DNA of 64,000 nucleotides from Malacoraja senta (Eukaryota): positions 18,974,001 through 19,038,000 of the forward strand of contig CM075988.1 in the NCBI GenBank assembly GCA_038087875.1. The letters are read 5' to 3'. The notes under the pieces are model-generated. The model saw nothing but the letters and a program-made list of their open reading frames with translations. It was not told the DNA's origin and made no database searches. Made by a program: the position numbers and the translations under genes. Positions 13,416-27,000 of the stretch are shown here, piece after piece (position 1 is the stretch's first letter; every line of letters starts with the position of its first letter).

Positions 13416-14733
13416 GAGTCGTTAGAACTGAGCTCATGTCATCTTGGCCCTTCCCACGTACAGTGCCAGCCCAGAATAGCGGTGGCTACAAGTTGGTGTC
13501 TTTGTCTCCTGCCTAGGAGGTGATGCATGGCTTCAGAAGATTCAAAGTCTCCCATTCACAAGGGGCAATGACTAGCAAGAGCTATAGGGCCAGCTAATTC
13601 CCCACATGAGTTGTGGGATTCAGTCTATGACCAGAGGCACTGCTCAGGTCAGCCAACACTGCATTTGTTTTGCAGGATTGTTAATCAATTCATTGTTTAC
13701 TGGACTGCTGCCCTTTCATGGTCCTGCTGACTGGTTTACAGGGACAGAATGAGTCAAGGTTTGCTTTTACCGCGTGGAATTTCAGCATTTCCCTGGCCGT
13801 TACTGTTGCTTTGCATCATACCTGCAGGTAATTGCATTTTTTTCTGTTAATAAAAGTGTCAAAACAGTGGAATTACTCATTAAACCATATAACACATACA
13901 CAGAGTGCATGTGTCTGCTTTGGCTCAGTTAGTGCTTTTCTCGCATCTAAATCAGAAGGTCGTGGGTTCAACTCCCACTCAAGGATATGAAGAACTAAAA
14001 CCTGTAGGAGAACGTGCAAAATCCACACAGACAGCACCCAATGTCAGGAACGAACCCAGGTCCCTGGCGCTGTGAGGCAGCGGGTCCGCAGACGGCGTCG
14101 TTGTGCCGATGTTGCTATTCTGGGCGGTGCTGCAATTTGCCAGGCTGCTCTGTTCCAGCCTCATATTACCATTTAAAATGAACAAGTACTGACAACGTGT
14201 TAATGCCTGTCAAAGATATTGAGGCTCCAGCCCAGCACTCGGAGAACTCACTGAACATTTGTTTGTTTCACGCTGTACATCCTGCATCTTAATAAATAAT
14301 CTGTCACTTGGGTATTTTGCTAACTGTTGCCTTTCATTAAAATATATCTTGGTAGAATTCAGCAGCACATCACGCCGTGTCTTAGTGCGCACCAGGTTCT
14401 GGATTCACTTTCCACTTCCCGAGGAATTAGCAATTCAGGTTGTGCAGAATTCATTCCATTCCTTGCAACTCAACACCGGAGACCCATGGAATTATGCACT
14501 CAGCGCCAGAGAGTCAAAGTCATTCAACAGAGCCATAGAGCCATGCAAATAATTCCAGTCATAGTCATAGTAATACATAGTCACGGAGTCTTTCATTGGA
14601 GTCATAGAATAACGCAAGAGTCATAGAATAAAACTATAGAGACATATAACAGAGACATCAAGTCATAGACTCATACAACAGTCATAAATAGAGTCATTGG
14701 GTCACAGAGTCTTACTTAGTCATACAAATAATT

Positions 14734-14961
14734 TACACCCTAGCAGTATGAATATTGACTTCTCTAACTTCAGATAGCCCTTGCTTTCTCTCTCCATTCC
14801 TCCTTCCCAGTTCTCCCACTAGTCTTACTGTCTCCGACTACATTCTATCTTTGTCCCGCCCCCTCCCCTGACATTAGTCTGAAGAAGGGTCTCGACCCGA
14901 AACGTCGCCCGTTCCTTCTCTCCAGAGACGCTGAGTTACTGCAGCATTTTGTGTCTACCTT
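14734..14961 (+). mobile_element. Penelope-like 3' fragment
   Basis: HPSSMNIDFSNFR-type ORF end plus terminal repeat. TSD CAAATAATT (14725-14733 / 14962-14970). Confidence 0.85.
14879..14906 (+). ncRNA. Minimal hammerhead core copy
   Basis: Same 28-nt core as 10138-10165. Confidence 0.7.
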
Positions 14962-15146
14962 CAAATAATTCCAGTCCTTGCAACTCATCACTGGCGAGCC
15001 ATACAGTTACCTAGCCAGTGTCATGGAATCATAGAATGATACAGCACGGAAACTGGCCCTTCAGCCCAACCCGTCCATGCTGACCAAAATGCCCCATCTA
15101 AACTATTCCCATTTATCCGCACGTGACCCATATCCCTCTAAATCTT

Positions 15147-15496
15147 AAAGAACTTCAACTCCCCCTCCCATTCCGAATCTGACCTTTATGTCCTGGGCCT
15201 CATCCATGGCCAGAGTGAGGACCACTGTAAACTGGAGTAGCAGCACCTCATATTTCGCTTGGGTAGTTTGCATCCCAGCGGTATGAACATTGATTTCTCT
15301 AATCAGATAGTCCCTACTTTCTCATCCCCTTCTCAACTCTCCCTCAGCCCACTGGCTCCTCCTCTTCCTTTCTTCTTACCCCCCCCCCCAAACTCACATC
15401 AGTCTGAAGAAGGGTTTCGACCCGAAACGTTGCCTATTTCCTTCGCTCCATAGATGCTGCCTCACGCGCTGAGTTTCTCCAGCATTTTTGTCTACC
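15147..15496 (+). mobile_element. Penelope-like 3' fragment
   Basis: FNSPSHSESDL...HPSGMNIDFSN relic. 14-bp TSD TCCCTCTAAATCTT (15133-15146 / 15497-15510). Confidence 0.88.
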
Positions 15497-15659
15497 TCCC
15501 TCTAAATCTTTCCTTATCCATGTTCCACAGTTCAATAGTCCTTTGTTGTCACGTGTACCCTAAGGTACAGTGAAGTTTGATTTTACCATACAGTCAAATC
15601 AAAAAAAGCAACAAGATACAAAATTAAACATAAACAGCCACCACAGCAACATGTGAGAA

Positions 15660-16555
15660 GTTCACGTTCAAGTTCACATTTATTGCCACATGCACCGATT
15701 AAGGTACGGTGGAATTTAACTTACCATGCAGCCTTACAAACAAAAGAGCACAATACACAATAGAATACAACATGAACATCCACCACAGTGGAATCAACTT
15801 CTTCACTGTGGTGGAAGGCAATAACTTTGTCAGTCTTCCTCCTTTGTTCATCCGTGGTCGAGGCCATGAACCCTCCGCAGTCACCGCTACGGTTGGCCCG
15901 ATGTACAGGCCCTCTCGTCGGGATGCTCGAAACTCCGACGTCGGGACGGACGGACACTCCGCGGCTTGGAGGTCCCGAATCGGCCGCTTCCCAACGGAGA
16001 CCGGGGCTTCACGATGTTATAGGCCACAGGCCGGCGGCCGGAGCTCTTAAAGTCCACACCGCTCCCACGGCTAGAAGCTCCGCAGACCGCGGCTTCAGTA
16101 TGTTATAGGCCGCGGCCCGACGGTTGGAGCACTTCTTCTGGCGACCCTCGGCAAGGGCTCGCCAACTCCGCGATGGAACGTCCACGCCGTGCCCGCAGCT
16201 AGAAACTCCGCAGACCGCGGCTTCAGGATGTCATAGTCCACGGGCCAGCGATCGGAGCACTTCTTCTTGCGGCCCCCGGCAAGGGCTCGTCCGCTCCGCG
16301 ATGGATAGTCTGCGCTGCACCCGCTGCTGAAGCTCTGGACCCGACTCCGGGAAAGGCCGCACCAATCCAGGCCGCGAGGGAGGGCGAAATGCAATTAGAA
16401 GAAAAGTCGCATTCCACTGAGGTAAGTGACTAAAAAACAGTTTCTCCCAATTCCCGCCCCCACCCCCCCACACTAAAACACACTTCTAAACATACTAAAA
16501 ACAAAAATAAAGTGGAAAAGATGAACAGTTGCCGGCTCGCAGCGCCACCCGTCTG
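15660..16555 (-). mobile_element. GC-rich non-autonomous retroposon with conserved hairpin and Rex1-type tail
   Basis: CpG-rich body with internal ~128-bp duplication, 12-bp stem at 15779-15814, 3' end resembling CACTGTACC...GTACACGTGACAATAAA plus short-repeat tail. Confidence 0.65.
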
Positions 16556-17156
16556 ACCTTGCCGGAGATGCGACTGTTGTCCGGTTCGTGTCTCCGGTCG
16601 CTATGCGGCCTAACATCGGGAAGCTGGAGGCCTTGCTCGGGACTGATTTTGAGCCCCACCGTGCGGCGTGGACTTACCATCAGAGCCGATTCCTTGCCTG
16701 GGATTGAAGCTCCAACCGCGGCCTGCGGATCTTAACATCAAGAAGCCCGCAGTCTCGGGTTGAGACTGACGCGGGAAATTTCCAAATGCCGCACGACGTT
16801 CAACTAGCCCCGACCTGGGGTAGATCGCCCGGTGTGGGGGAGCTGAGATGCCCCCCCGATGCAGGAGCTTGATCGCCCCGACGAAGAGGCCTGCAATCGG
16901 CTACGGCAACCAAGATCGTCCCTGTCAACGGAAGGTTAGAGGCCCCCGACCGCTGGAGGACAAAGAAGGGAGAGATTGAACTTTTTTTCGCCTTCCATCA
17001 CAGTGAGGAATGTGGAGGAGTCACTGTGGTGGATGTTTATGTTAAAATGTATTTTGTGTGTTCTGTTGCTTTTTATTGGTATGACTGTATGGCAAATAAA
17101 ATTCCTCGTATGTTGCAAAACATACTTGGCTAATAAAGTATGATTATTATTATGAT
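16556..17156 (+). mobile_element. Related GC-rich retroposon, head-to-head with the previous copy
   Basis: GGAGATGCGAC...CCTAACATCG body, hairpin 16994-17033, tail AAATTCCTCGTATG...CATACTTGGCTAATAAAG(TAT)n. Confidence 0.65.
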
Positions 17157-17584
17157 CTCAATCTAAACCTCAACTTGACAATATGACAAATTTTAATGTC
17201 TAGAAAAGAACTGCAAATGCTGGTTAAAATCGAAGGTAGATATAAAATGCTGGAGTACCAGGCAGCATCTCCAGAGAGAAGGAATGGATGACATTTCAGT
17301 TTAAGACCCTGCTGATCAGTCTGAAGATGGGTCTCGACATAAAACATCACTCATTCCTGCTCTCCAGATATGTTGCCTGTCCCGCTGAGTAGCTCCAGCA
17401 TTTGTGTCTACCTTTGACAAATTTTAACATTGGCACTGACAACTGGGAAACGGCTGCTGAGGACAAGGGGAGGTGGTGAAAGGACCTCCAGGCAGGTGTG
17501 AAGCAGCATCTGCTCAAAGACCATGGATGCCGGGCACCAACACCATAAAATGATCAATGGCAACAGCAACACACTCCCCATTCT

Positions 17585-17995
17585 AACGGCGAGAGACATC
17601 TTCACATGTTGGATTCACTGGAGGTGGTCTTGGAGGGGAGGATGCTCCTCAAACTGCGGAGCATCTTGGACAATATAGCTCGCCCCTTCCATGACACACT
17701 GGTCAACCTGAGGAGCACCTTCAGCAACAGACTGGTTTCACCAAGATGCAGCACAGAACACCACAGGAGATCCTTTTTTCCCTGTGGCTATCAAACTGTA
17801 TAACTCTTCTCCCATCTGTCGTGCGGTAGACTGACCCCTCCCCTCCCCTCCCCCCCCTCCCCAATCTTTGCACATCCCCAATCCTGGACTTTACACATCA
17901 CTTTAATTTCATGTTTCATGTATCCTGTTGTGGTTTTATGACTGGTGGCAGACCAATTTCCCTCCTGGCATAAATAATGTTCTATCGTATCATAT
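17585..17995 (+). mobile_element. Rex1-type LINE 3' end, third subfamily
   Basis: LDSLEVVLEGRMLLKLRSILDN...PRCSTEHHRRSFFP. Sister copy 48770-49185(-). Confidence 0.8.
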
Positions 17996-20204
17996 TATAT
18001 GCCTCTGGCACTGTGAGATGGTGACCTTACTAGCTTTGCCTCTGTGCCTTCCAAGGCCAGCAGTGTATGATTTTCTTTGAGCAGTGCATCTTTTTGTGTG
18101 AAAATCAAGAAACTGCAGATGCAGGAAATCGTATCGTACCGTATCATATCGTAATGTATCATAATCGTAACGTATCATATTTGTAGGCTGTGGGAGGATC
18201 TGCCAGTCAAGGATTGTCCTAGTCAGCCACAGCAGGAAATGTGACCACGGATGAAACATTCCCGTCTCCAAGCAGGGCAATGTCAATCCTATACCATCAT
18301 CTCTAGCATAGATGGAAGATACCAACTAACAACCGAAACTTAAACTTAGTGGATCAGGCAGGATTTGTGGAGGGAAATAGACAGATAACGTTTCGGGTTG
18401 AGACCCTTCTTCAGAAGGAGTCAAAGTATTCAGTCTGATGAAAGATCCTGACCCGAAATGTTGCCTGTCCATTCCCTCCACGGAGACTGCCCAACCCACT
18501 GAGCTTCTCCAGCACTTTGTGTTTTGCTCAGGGTTACAGCATCTGTGGCATTTTTGTGATTCTGTTATCATTTAATTATCCCAATTCCAATTTGGGAGCT
18601 TTCTGTGTACATTGGTTGCTACTTTCCCACTTTGTAAAGATACTTCACGGAATGCAAAGTATGTTATAGTGTGCCCTGTGGTCTTGAAAGGTGTTGTAGA
18701 AGTAAGTACCAGGCTTCTTCCTTTAATGTGATGTTTTATTAATATTAAGTGCTTTCATCTTCCCGAGGTAATTTTGTTGCAAACCTGTTAGCCACCATTT
18801 CAACAACTTTCTCCATCATTGCTTTGAGGATTTCAGACAATCCTCCTATCCAGATTAATCACCTTGCGTTTCTGCATCCAGTGTGTCCTAAAGATTGGTA
18901 CATTTATCATTTACTTTTAAGCCAGTTTGATAGGATTTGGAATCTGCCGTTTCATGAAAATGGCCGTGAAAGATTCAGCACCCATTCAGAGCTCCTGCAA
19001 CACAATTTAGTCTCAGGCTTTCCGTGTGCTTTATACAAGTTTTAAAATTATTTAATCGTTTATGCTGCCCCCACCTGCAATTTACTGCTCTTCATTTTAA
19101 CCATTACTAGTCATCTCGGTTTTTCTCACTGATGTGGGAAGAATCTTTGAGTGTAAGAGCCCCTCTACGGTAAGGAAATCTCCATCTCACAGTCACTTTG
19201 TTCTTCAATGTTGTTGTCGAGACCTTGGTGTTTTCTTCGACAAACCCTCTTGTCTAAATCTCTCAAGGCAGCAATCAGATTTCTAATTTATCCGAAGCTC
19301 TTTTCATTGTCCTCACACCTCCCAATGTAATTGCTGATGCATTCCCTTTGCTTCATTTGAGCCCTTTACTGCACAAATCGACTATGACACTTCCCTACAT
19401 AACAGTGAATATATTTCACAAAGTGATTCATTCGGTATGAAATGTTTTGAGATGCCTCGAGGAAGTGATAACGTGTTTAAAAAGATTTCTTTTTTGTGCG
19501 CTCTAACTTAAAATTTGGTTCTCCTGCATGCATTCTGAGTTGTCATAATTTAAGTTCCGCTGCCAAATCTAATATGGAATAAAAACTGAGCTGGCTTACA
19601 TTCACCTTCAAGGAAAGAATAATTGATGAATAGACTTTTAAATATTAAATGAATTTGGCTTGTGTTGGAATATCCTGCTGCACGTTATATTCTAAGGGAA
19701 CGCTGTCTATTGTCTTTACTGAACTGGTCTCAGTTTCATGGTGCAGTAACGATGGTTTCTGCTGTCCACTACACCTCCAGGATATTGAAATACCTCCTGA
19801 TTTCCTGCTGCCTCGCTCATTCACCAAGCAACTTGTGATTTAGCTATCATATTCATGGAATCAGCAGTTGCCAGCATTTGCCAATTACCTCGTGCAATTT
19901 TTATCATTGCTAATTTGAACCCATCCTGTTTGAATCATCTACCACCTGTTGTTATTTCATTCTTTTGATAGGTGTTGCATCTTCCCTCACCAGCAGCAAT
20001 CCTCTGAACCTAACTCGCCCATTATCCCCATCGTTACAGAGTGAGTTATTCCATGCATAAGCTGGTTAGATGCTCACAGAAGTGGCTGCAATCGTTCACC
20101 TTTTTTGCCATGTACAGTACTGACCTTGCCTGCTGAAATTGCATTTTTTAACCATTACTCTCTTTTCCTCAACAGCATTATTGCTAACCAGTTGAGTTAA
20201 AATA

Positions 20205-20775
20205 ATGTAGAAATAAGGAATTGCCGATGCAGGTTCGTACGAAAGGACACAAAGTGCTGGAGTAACTCAGTGGGTCAGGCAGCATCTCTGCAGAACATGG
20301 ATAAGGTGGTGCATTATATACAACACAGCAGTATGATGTTAATTTATCTAATTTCAAGTAACCCCTGCATTCTCTCTCTCTCCCCCCTCGCCCACCCTAG
20401 ACGTTCCACTGTTCTCATCCTTGCATCTCTTCGTTATCACCTCTTCCCAGCCAACGATGGGCTCTTATGGACTTCATCCTTCCTTGGTCATCTGTTGTCA
20501 GCCCTGCTTTGTTCTGGCCTTTTCTTACCTCCAGTTCCCTCCCCTCTACGTCCAGTCTGAAGAAGGATCCCGACCCGAAACCTCACCCATCCTATTTCTC
20601 CAGAGATGCTGCCTGACCTGCTGAGTTACTCCAGCACTTTTTGCCCATCGATGGATAGGTGATGCTTCAGGTTAGGACCCTTCTTCTGAGGGTCCCAACC
20701 TGAAACATTACCTATCTATGTTCTCCACGGATGCTGCCTGGCCTGCTGAGTTACTCCAGCACTTTGGGTCTTCCT
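20205..20775. mobile_element. Cluster of Penelope-derived terminal repeats in both orientations
   Basis: Three or more copies of the GAGATGCTGCCTGACC...GAGTTACTCCAGCAC module. Confidence 0.8.
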
Positions 20776-20884
20776 GTCTTAAATGAATGAATTAAAGATG
20801 TCAGCCATTCAGTGTGTTCTCCAAACCTAATATTTATCCCTCTGGTCAGTTTACGCATAGATCTTCATTACTAATTTTTCAGTC

Positions 20885-21180
20885 ACGGTTGGGCAGCGGT
20901 AGAGTGAATGCAGCACCAGAGACCCGGGTTCGATCCCGACTACTGGTGCTGCCTGTATGGAGTTTGCACGTTCTCCCCATGACCTGCGTGGGTTTTCTCC
21001 GAGATCTTCCATTTCCTCCCACACTCCAAACGACGTACAGGTTTGTAGGTTAATTGCTTGGTAAATGTAAAAATTGTCCCTAGTGTGTGTAGGATAGTGT
21101 TAATTTGTGGGGACCACTAGACGGCGCGGATCCGGTGGGCGAAAGGGCTTATTTCCACGCTGTATCTCTAAACTAAACTA
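20885..21180 (+). mobile_element. V-SINE (HE1-like)
   Basis: B box GGTTCGATCC, V domain, CTAAA tail. Confidence 0.9.
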
Positions 21181-22172
21181 ATTATGCCAATTCAAAAACC
21201 TTCATAATTAGCCACAAAAAACAATTAGCCACTTAGTACTGGTGAACATAATCTCAGTTGATTATTTTTCCCACATCCTCTGATCTATCACTTGAACTGG
21301 ACAAAAAAATTTAGACAGATTTTTGGGTCTTCAAATTTTTGATGATTTTCCTCCTCTATTTAGCAGAGTGTTTTCATGTTACACTAATTACTATGTGTTG
21401 ATATGTGGTTAAGTGTCAAGAATCAAGTCAATGGTGTTTAATTGTCATAAGTACCGACAAGGTAATAATGAAATTCTTACTTGCTGCAGCTTAGCAGGTC
21501 TGCAAATGCAATAACTCACAGATAATATATAATAACAAGGCCAAGCGGGACCCGTTGTGTCCCTGTCACATGGAAGGGCTGGTCCCCGAATTCAATATTC
21601 CACCACCCACCCATAGCCCCCAACAGCGCAGGCTTGGCTGACGGGTTCCCATTGTGATGCCAGAGATCCCCGTTGTGACGCGACTCACGGCAACGCTCCC
21701 CAAGTGCGCCTCACCATCCCTCTTCCTACCTCTATCTTCCTCCATTCCCCCTCATCCCCAGAACTTCCTCCTCCTCCTCCTCTTCACCCTCCCTCTTCTT
21801 TCTCCTCTCCTCCTCCTCTTCCCCACCCACACCTCTCCCTCTGTCTCTTTTCCCCTACCCTCAGTCACCCTCCCTCCCTCCATATCCCCTCTCCCCTCCC
21901 TACCCCACTTGACATCATTGTGAGGTAGAAGCTGCTGTGTTTTTGAAAAGGAGGTTTTTTAAATGTAAATGAGATCCCATTGTGATGTAATTGTGGAGGG
22001 GAACACTGCTGATGGGCAGTTTACGTAAATGAGATCCCATTGTGATGTCATACGATGCTAACTGTAGTGCAGATGGAAGAGATTTTTGTTAAATTGTTTT
22101 TTGTAAAGTTTAAAATGTGAATAACTTGTAAAATATACCATCAATCTGAACAAAACGTGACTAATGCACACC

Positions 22173-22761
22173 TGTTATGCGCTCCCTCTGCTGGTGTTAA
22201 TTATGTACTAACCTGTTTCTCTGATTACCATTAGTACCTCCTGCTGCCTGGCTGCTCCTGACCTGATTGGAGGCTCCTGGCCCAAGCTGCATCACGTGAA
22301 CCTGATGACGGAGCCTCAGCTTTAAAAGACCATGTGACTGGCAGTCTCTCTCTCTGTCTCTCTCTTCCCCCCCCCTCAGACTGGTGGCAGCAGTCTGGTG
22401 TTGGTTTAGTTTGTTTGATTGCATAGTGTTCTTTATGTAACTCTTCATTCTGTATTAACTTATTTTGCTTGGGAAGGATGGGACTGGCATTATTGTTTTC
22501 ATGGTTTTGTTTCAGGTTTATTTTAACACTGAGGCAGGTGTAGAGTCTCTGGTCCGACGGCCCATTGAGCGGTCGGCCAGAGCACCCTTTATCTTTTGTT
22601 TGCTAGCCCATCCGACCCCGCCCCCCCCCCCCCCCCCCTCTGTTTGTTTGATCCAGGTTTTAGTTCTTTTTGTTAGTGAAAAATAAATAATATTTCCATT
22701 TGAACCTGGTTTTGTATTATGTTATTGGCTTTTGAGGTATTTAATTTTGGCGGCCATAACA
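22173..22761 (+). repeat. 5' LTR (589 bp)
   Basis: Starts TGTTATGCG, ends CATAACA. Near-identical to 27623-28161. Contains CACGTG, TTTAAAAG and AATAAA. Confidence 0.96.
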
Positions 22762-22767
22762 TAATTA

Positions 22768-22779
22768 TGGGGGCTCGTC
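22768..22779 (+). promoter_or_regulatory. Primer-binding site, tRNA-Pro type
   Basis: TGGGGGCTCGTC just after the 5' LTR matches the first 12 nt of the canonical tRNA-Pro PBS TGGGGGCTCGTCCGGGAT. Confidence 0.85.
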
Positions 22780-22928
22780 TAAACTTTTGAGTAAACCCTA
22801 GACGTTTTGTGTACTTTTATAGGCTAATTGTGGCAGTGGTAGTCTGTTTGTGTAATCATTTTTTTCTGCTTTGCGGTTCTAGTAACCTGTTGTTTTGGCT
22901 ATTTTGGTAACATTTGTGAGCAGGAAAA

Positions 22929-24056
22929 ATGGAATTTAAGGTGGAAGAGTTTGTTGAGACGCCTAGCCTAGAGATGTTTCATCAATGTACTAAGGAAAAT
23001 TTAGTGTTGCTTGCAGATAAATATGGCGTTTCTATTAATAAACAGGCAAACAAACAGTCAATTAAGACGTTGTTATGGACTGCTTTAGTTGACCAAGAGG
23101 TGTTGCCTAGTAGTCCTGACAGTCATAAATCTATACAGCCAGTTCAGAACATGGAGGCCGTCATTAAACTGAAGGAGATGGAGCTTGAGTCACAGAGAAT
23201 GGCCTTAAAAAAGGATGAGCTCATGCATGTTCTTGAAATGAAACGGCTTGAGCTTGAGGAGGAAACCAAAAGGGCTGAATTTCAGCTGCGGGAGAAAGAA
23301 TTAGATATTTCCCGGTTCTCTTCTAAAGAGCATGAGTTTGATGTGAGCAGAAATATTCGTTTGGTTCCACCGTTCAGTGAAAAAGATGTTGATAAATATT
23401 TCACTTTGTTTGAGCGTGTGGCTATATCACTGAAATGGCCTAAGGGCGTGTGGACATTGCTGTTGCAATGTGTCCTTGTTGGTAAAGCGCGTGAGGTATA
23501 TTCGTCATTGTCTGTAGACAATAGCCTTGACTATGACATTGTAAAATCTGCCGTCCTCAGAGCGTATGAGTTGGTTCCCGAAGCGTACCGCCAAAAATTC
23601 CGGCGTTTCAGAAAATATGATAACCAAACATATGTTGAATTTGCTCGCGAAAAGGAGGCTCTGTTTGAACGCTGGTGTGCTTCTCAGGGGTAAAAGATTT
23701 TGCCCAGTTAAAGTCCTTGATGTTAATGGAGGATTTTAAAAACTGTCTTCCTGAAAGAGTAACAACATATCTTAATGAGCAGAAAGTCTCAGTCGTGTCT
23801 AAGGCCGCTGTATTGGCGGATGAATATGTGCTCACTCATAAAGCAGTTTTTGGGGAGCGATCCTCTGGTTTTAGTGGGAGACCAGTTGATCGTGGTGGTG
23901 TTGCTGGTAACGGTATAAAAACTTTTTCTGTGCCAGTTGATAGCAGCACTTCAAAGCAGTGGGAAGTCAAACCTGATAAAACTGAGTGATTTGGGGCATA
24001 AGGACAGTCCAATGTGTTTCTTCTGTAAGGAGAGAGGGCACATTTGTAAAACGTGT
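22929..24056 (+). pseudogene. gag: gag (SCAN-like capsid region and CCHC zinc knuckle), frameshifted twice
   Basis: ORFs 22929-23693, 23675-23989 and the start of 23937-27263 join across frame changes. Motifs IRLVPPFSEKDVDKYF...AYELVPEAYRQKFR and CFFCKERGHICKTC (24015-24056). Confidence 0.9.
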
Positions 24057-27000
24057 CCCATTCTTAAAAAGAAAAAAGCGGAGCCGGTGGTTTTGGTCAA
24101 CACACAGAAGGCACATGCAATCCCTGTGGTGCCTGAGACTGATGATTTGGTGGATTTGTCTCCTTTTGTCATGAGGGGTTTTGTGTCTATGGAGGGTGGG
24201 GACAGTAAAGTACCTGTGACAATCTTGCGTGATACTGCTGCCTCTCAGTCCTTCATTTTGGAAGATGTGCTACCATTTTCAGCTGAATCATCTGTTGGTT
24301 CTAGTGTCCCAGTTGTAGGGTTTGGTATGGAGGGCATGGGAGTGCCATTGCATACTGTTAACCTTGAGTCTGAGCTTGTTTCGGGTCGAGTATCTGTGGG
24401 GATACGGCCACGTTTTCCCATAAAGGGAGTGTCGTTGATTCTGGGTAACGATTTGGCTGGGGGAAAAGTTTTGGTCACTCCTGAAGTGACGCCTGTTCCT
24501 ATGTTGCAATGTCCAGATAAACATGCTGAGCAGCATCCCAAAGTTTTTGCATCATGTGCTGTGACTCGCACTATGGCTAGAAACCAAGCTACGTTTGATG
24601 ATGAAATTGACTTGAGCGAGTGTTTCCTTGTGGATCAGGATGGTGGATCCTGTGTTGCGCAGGGTGTGTCTGCATCACAAGTTGGTGAAATGTCTGAGAC
24701 TAAACCGGTGTCGTTGTCACGTGACCAGTTGGTTGCTGAGCAGAAATGTGATGCCGATTTGTCTGCTTTGATTGACAGCGCAGTGTCGGAGGTGGAAGTG
24801 GATTCCTTGTCAAAGGGATATTTTCTGAGGGATAACTTGCTAATGCGTAAATGGTCTCCTTTGAATGCATCTGGTCAGGATGACTGGAGCGTTGTTAAGC
24901 AGATTGTAGTGCCACATAGGTATCGGAATGAAATACTTACTTTGGCTCATGATAATCCTCTTGCTGGCCATTTAGGAGTTAATAAAACATACGACCGTAT
25001 ATTACGACATTTCTTTTGGCCTGGGTTAAAGAGGGATGTAGTGCAGCATTGCAAGTGTTGTCATGCATGCCAAGTAGCAGGTAAACCGAACCAGACTATC
25101 GTTCCTGCACCCTTGTATCCGATACCTGTAGTTGGTGAACCTTTTGAACGTATTATGATAGACTGTGTGGGTCCACTGCCTCGAACGAAAGCTGGCAACA
25201 AGTTTTTGTTAACCATAATGTGTGCATCTACCCATTTTCCAGAGGTGATTCCATTACAGAAGATAACTGCTCCCACTATAGTGAAAGCTCTTACTAAGTT
25301 TTTTTCCTTGTTTGGTCTACCTAAGGTGATACAAAGTGACCAGGGATCAAACTTTATGTCTAAAGTATTTGCTCAAGTGCTGAAACAACTAGACATCAAA
25401 CATTGTCATTCAAGCGCTTATCATCCTGAGAGCCAGGGCGCTCTCGAGCGTTTCCATCAGACATTAAAGTCTATGTTGCGTACGTACTGTCTGGAATTTG
25501 AGAAGGACTGGGATGATGGTGTTCATCTGGTGATGTTTGCAGTACGAGAGGTCGTGCAGGAATCTTTGGGTTTTAGTCCTGCTGACTTAGTTTTTGCCCA
25601 TACAGTACGTGGTCCTTTAAGAGTCCTAAAAGAAAAGTGGTTACAGGAAGAAACTAAACAAAATGTTTTGGAACACGTCAGTAACTTTAGATTTAGACTG
25701 CGGCGGGCATGTGAATTGGCTCTGGAAAATCTTGAAACTGCCCAGACAAAAATGAAAGAATGGTTCGATAAGAACGCTAAGAGCAGAGACTTTTTACCAG
25801 GTGACAAAGTTTTGGTATTGTTGCCAATTCCTGGGTCTAGTCTGCAGGCTCGTTATAGCGACCCTCGTCTGGTAGAAAAGAAAATGGGTGAGAGAGATTA
25901 CCTAATTGACACTCCTGATCGGAGGCATAAAAATCAGCTTTGCCATGTAAACATGCTCAAACGATATCACGAGAAAAAGGCTGTGGGTTTTGAATCGGAG
26001 ACGCTGTGTCCCACACTATCGTCCAAGCCTGTTTTGACTGCGATGGTGCTGCCCCCTGACACTGGTGCTGAAGTGGGTGAGGCACGTTTGTCTGTGGCTG
26101 TGACGCATGGTAAGCTGTCCAATTCTCAGGCGTTGAAAAAACTTCCATTGCGTTTGTCTCACTTGACTGAGAGTCATTGGAGAGATCTGATTACTTTGGT
26201 TGAGTCAAATAAGTCGCTGTTTACTGATGTGCCGTCTCAAACTTCCATTCTAAAACATGACATTGACGTGGCTGATACTAAGCCAATTAAACAACACCCA
26301 TATCGTGTCAATCCAGACAAGCGCCGCCGTATAAAGAGTCAGGTTGACTATATGCTGCAGCATGGCATTGCCGAGCCTAGCTGTAGTTCATGGAGCTCTC
26401 CTTGTCTGTTGGCTGCTAAGGCTAATGGTGACGACCGGTTCTGTACTGACTTTCGTAAGGTTAATAGCGTAACCAAAACCGATTGTTTTTCTCTCCCACG
26501 TACGGAGGATTGCGTGGATCGTGTCGGTAGAGCCTCTTTTGTCACAAAATTGGACTTATCGAAGGGATATTGGCAAGTCCCTCTAACTGAGCGTGCGAAA
26601 GAAATCTCTGCATTTGTTACATCTGATGATTTCCTTCAATATACTGTCATGGCTTATGGTATGCGTAACGCGCCGGCAACATTTCAACGGTTGGTAAACG
26701 TAGTGTTGTCTGGTCTGTCTTATTGTGAGGCATACCTTGATGATTTGGTTGTGTGCTCCAGGTCGTGGATCGACCACATCGACCACTTGACAGAGGTATT
26801 CAAACGACTCGCTCATGCAAACTTGACCATCAATCTTGGAAAGTGTGAATTTGGCCAGGCCACGGTAATGTTTCTTGGTAAAGTGGTGGGCCGGGGTCAG
26901 GTTCGCACTCTCCATGCAAAGATAGAGCATATTGTCGCGTTTCCAGCTCCTACCTCTAGGACTGAGCTCCGTTGTTATCTGGCAATGGTGGGGTACTATA

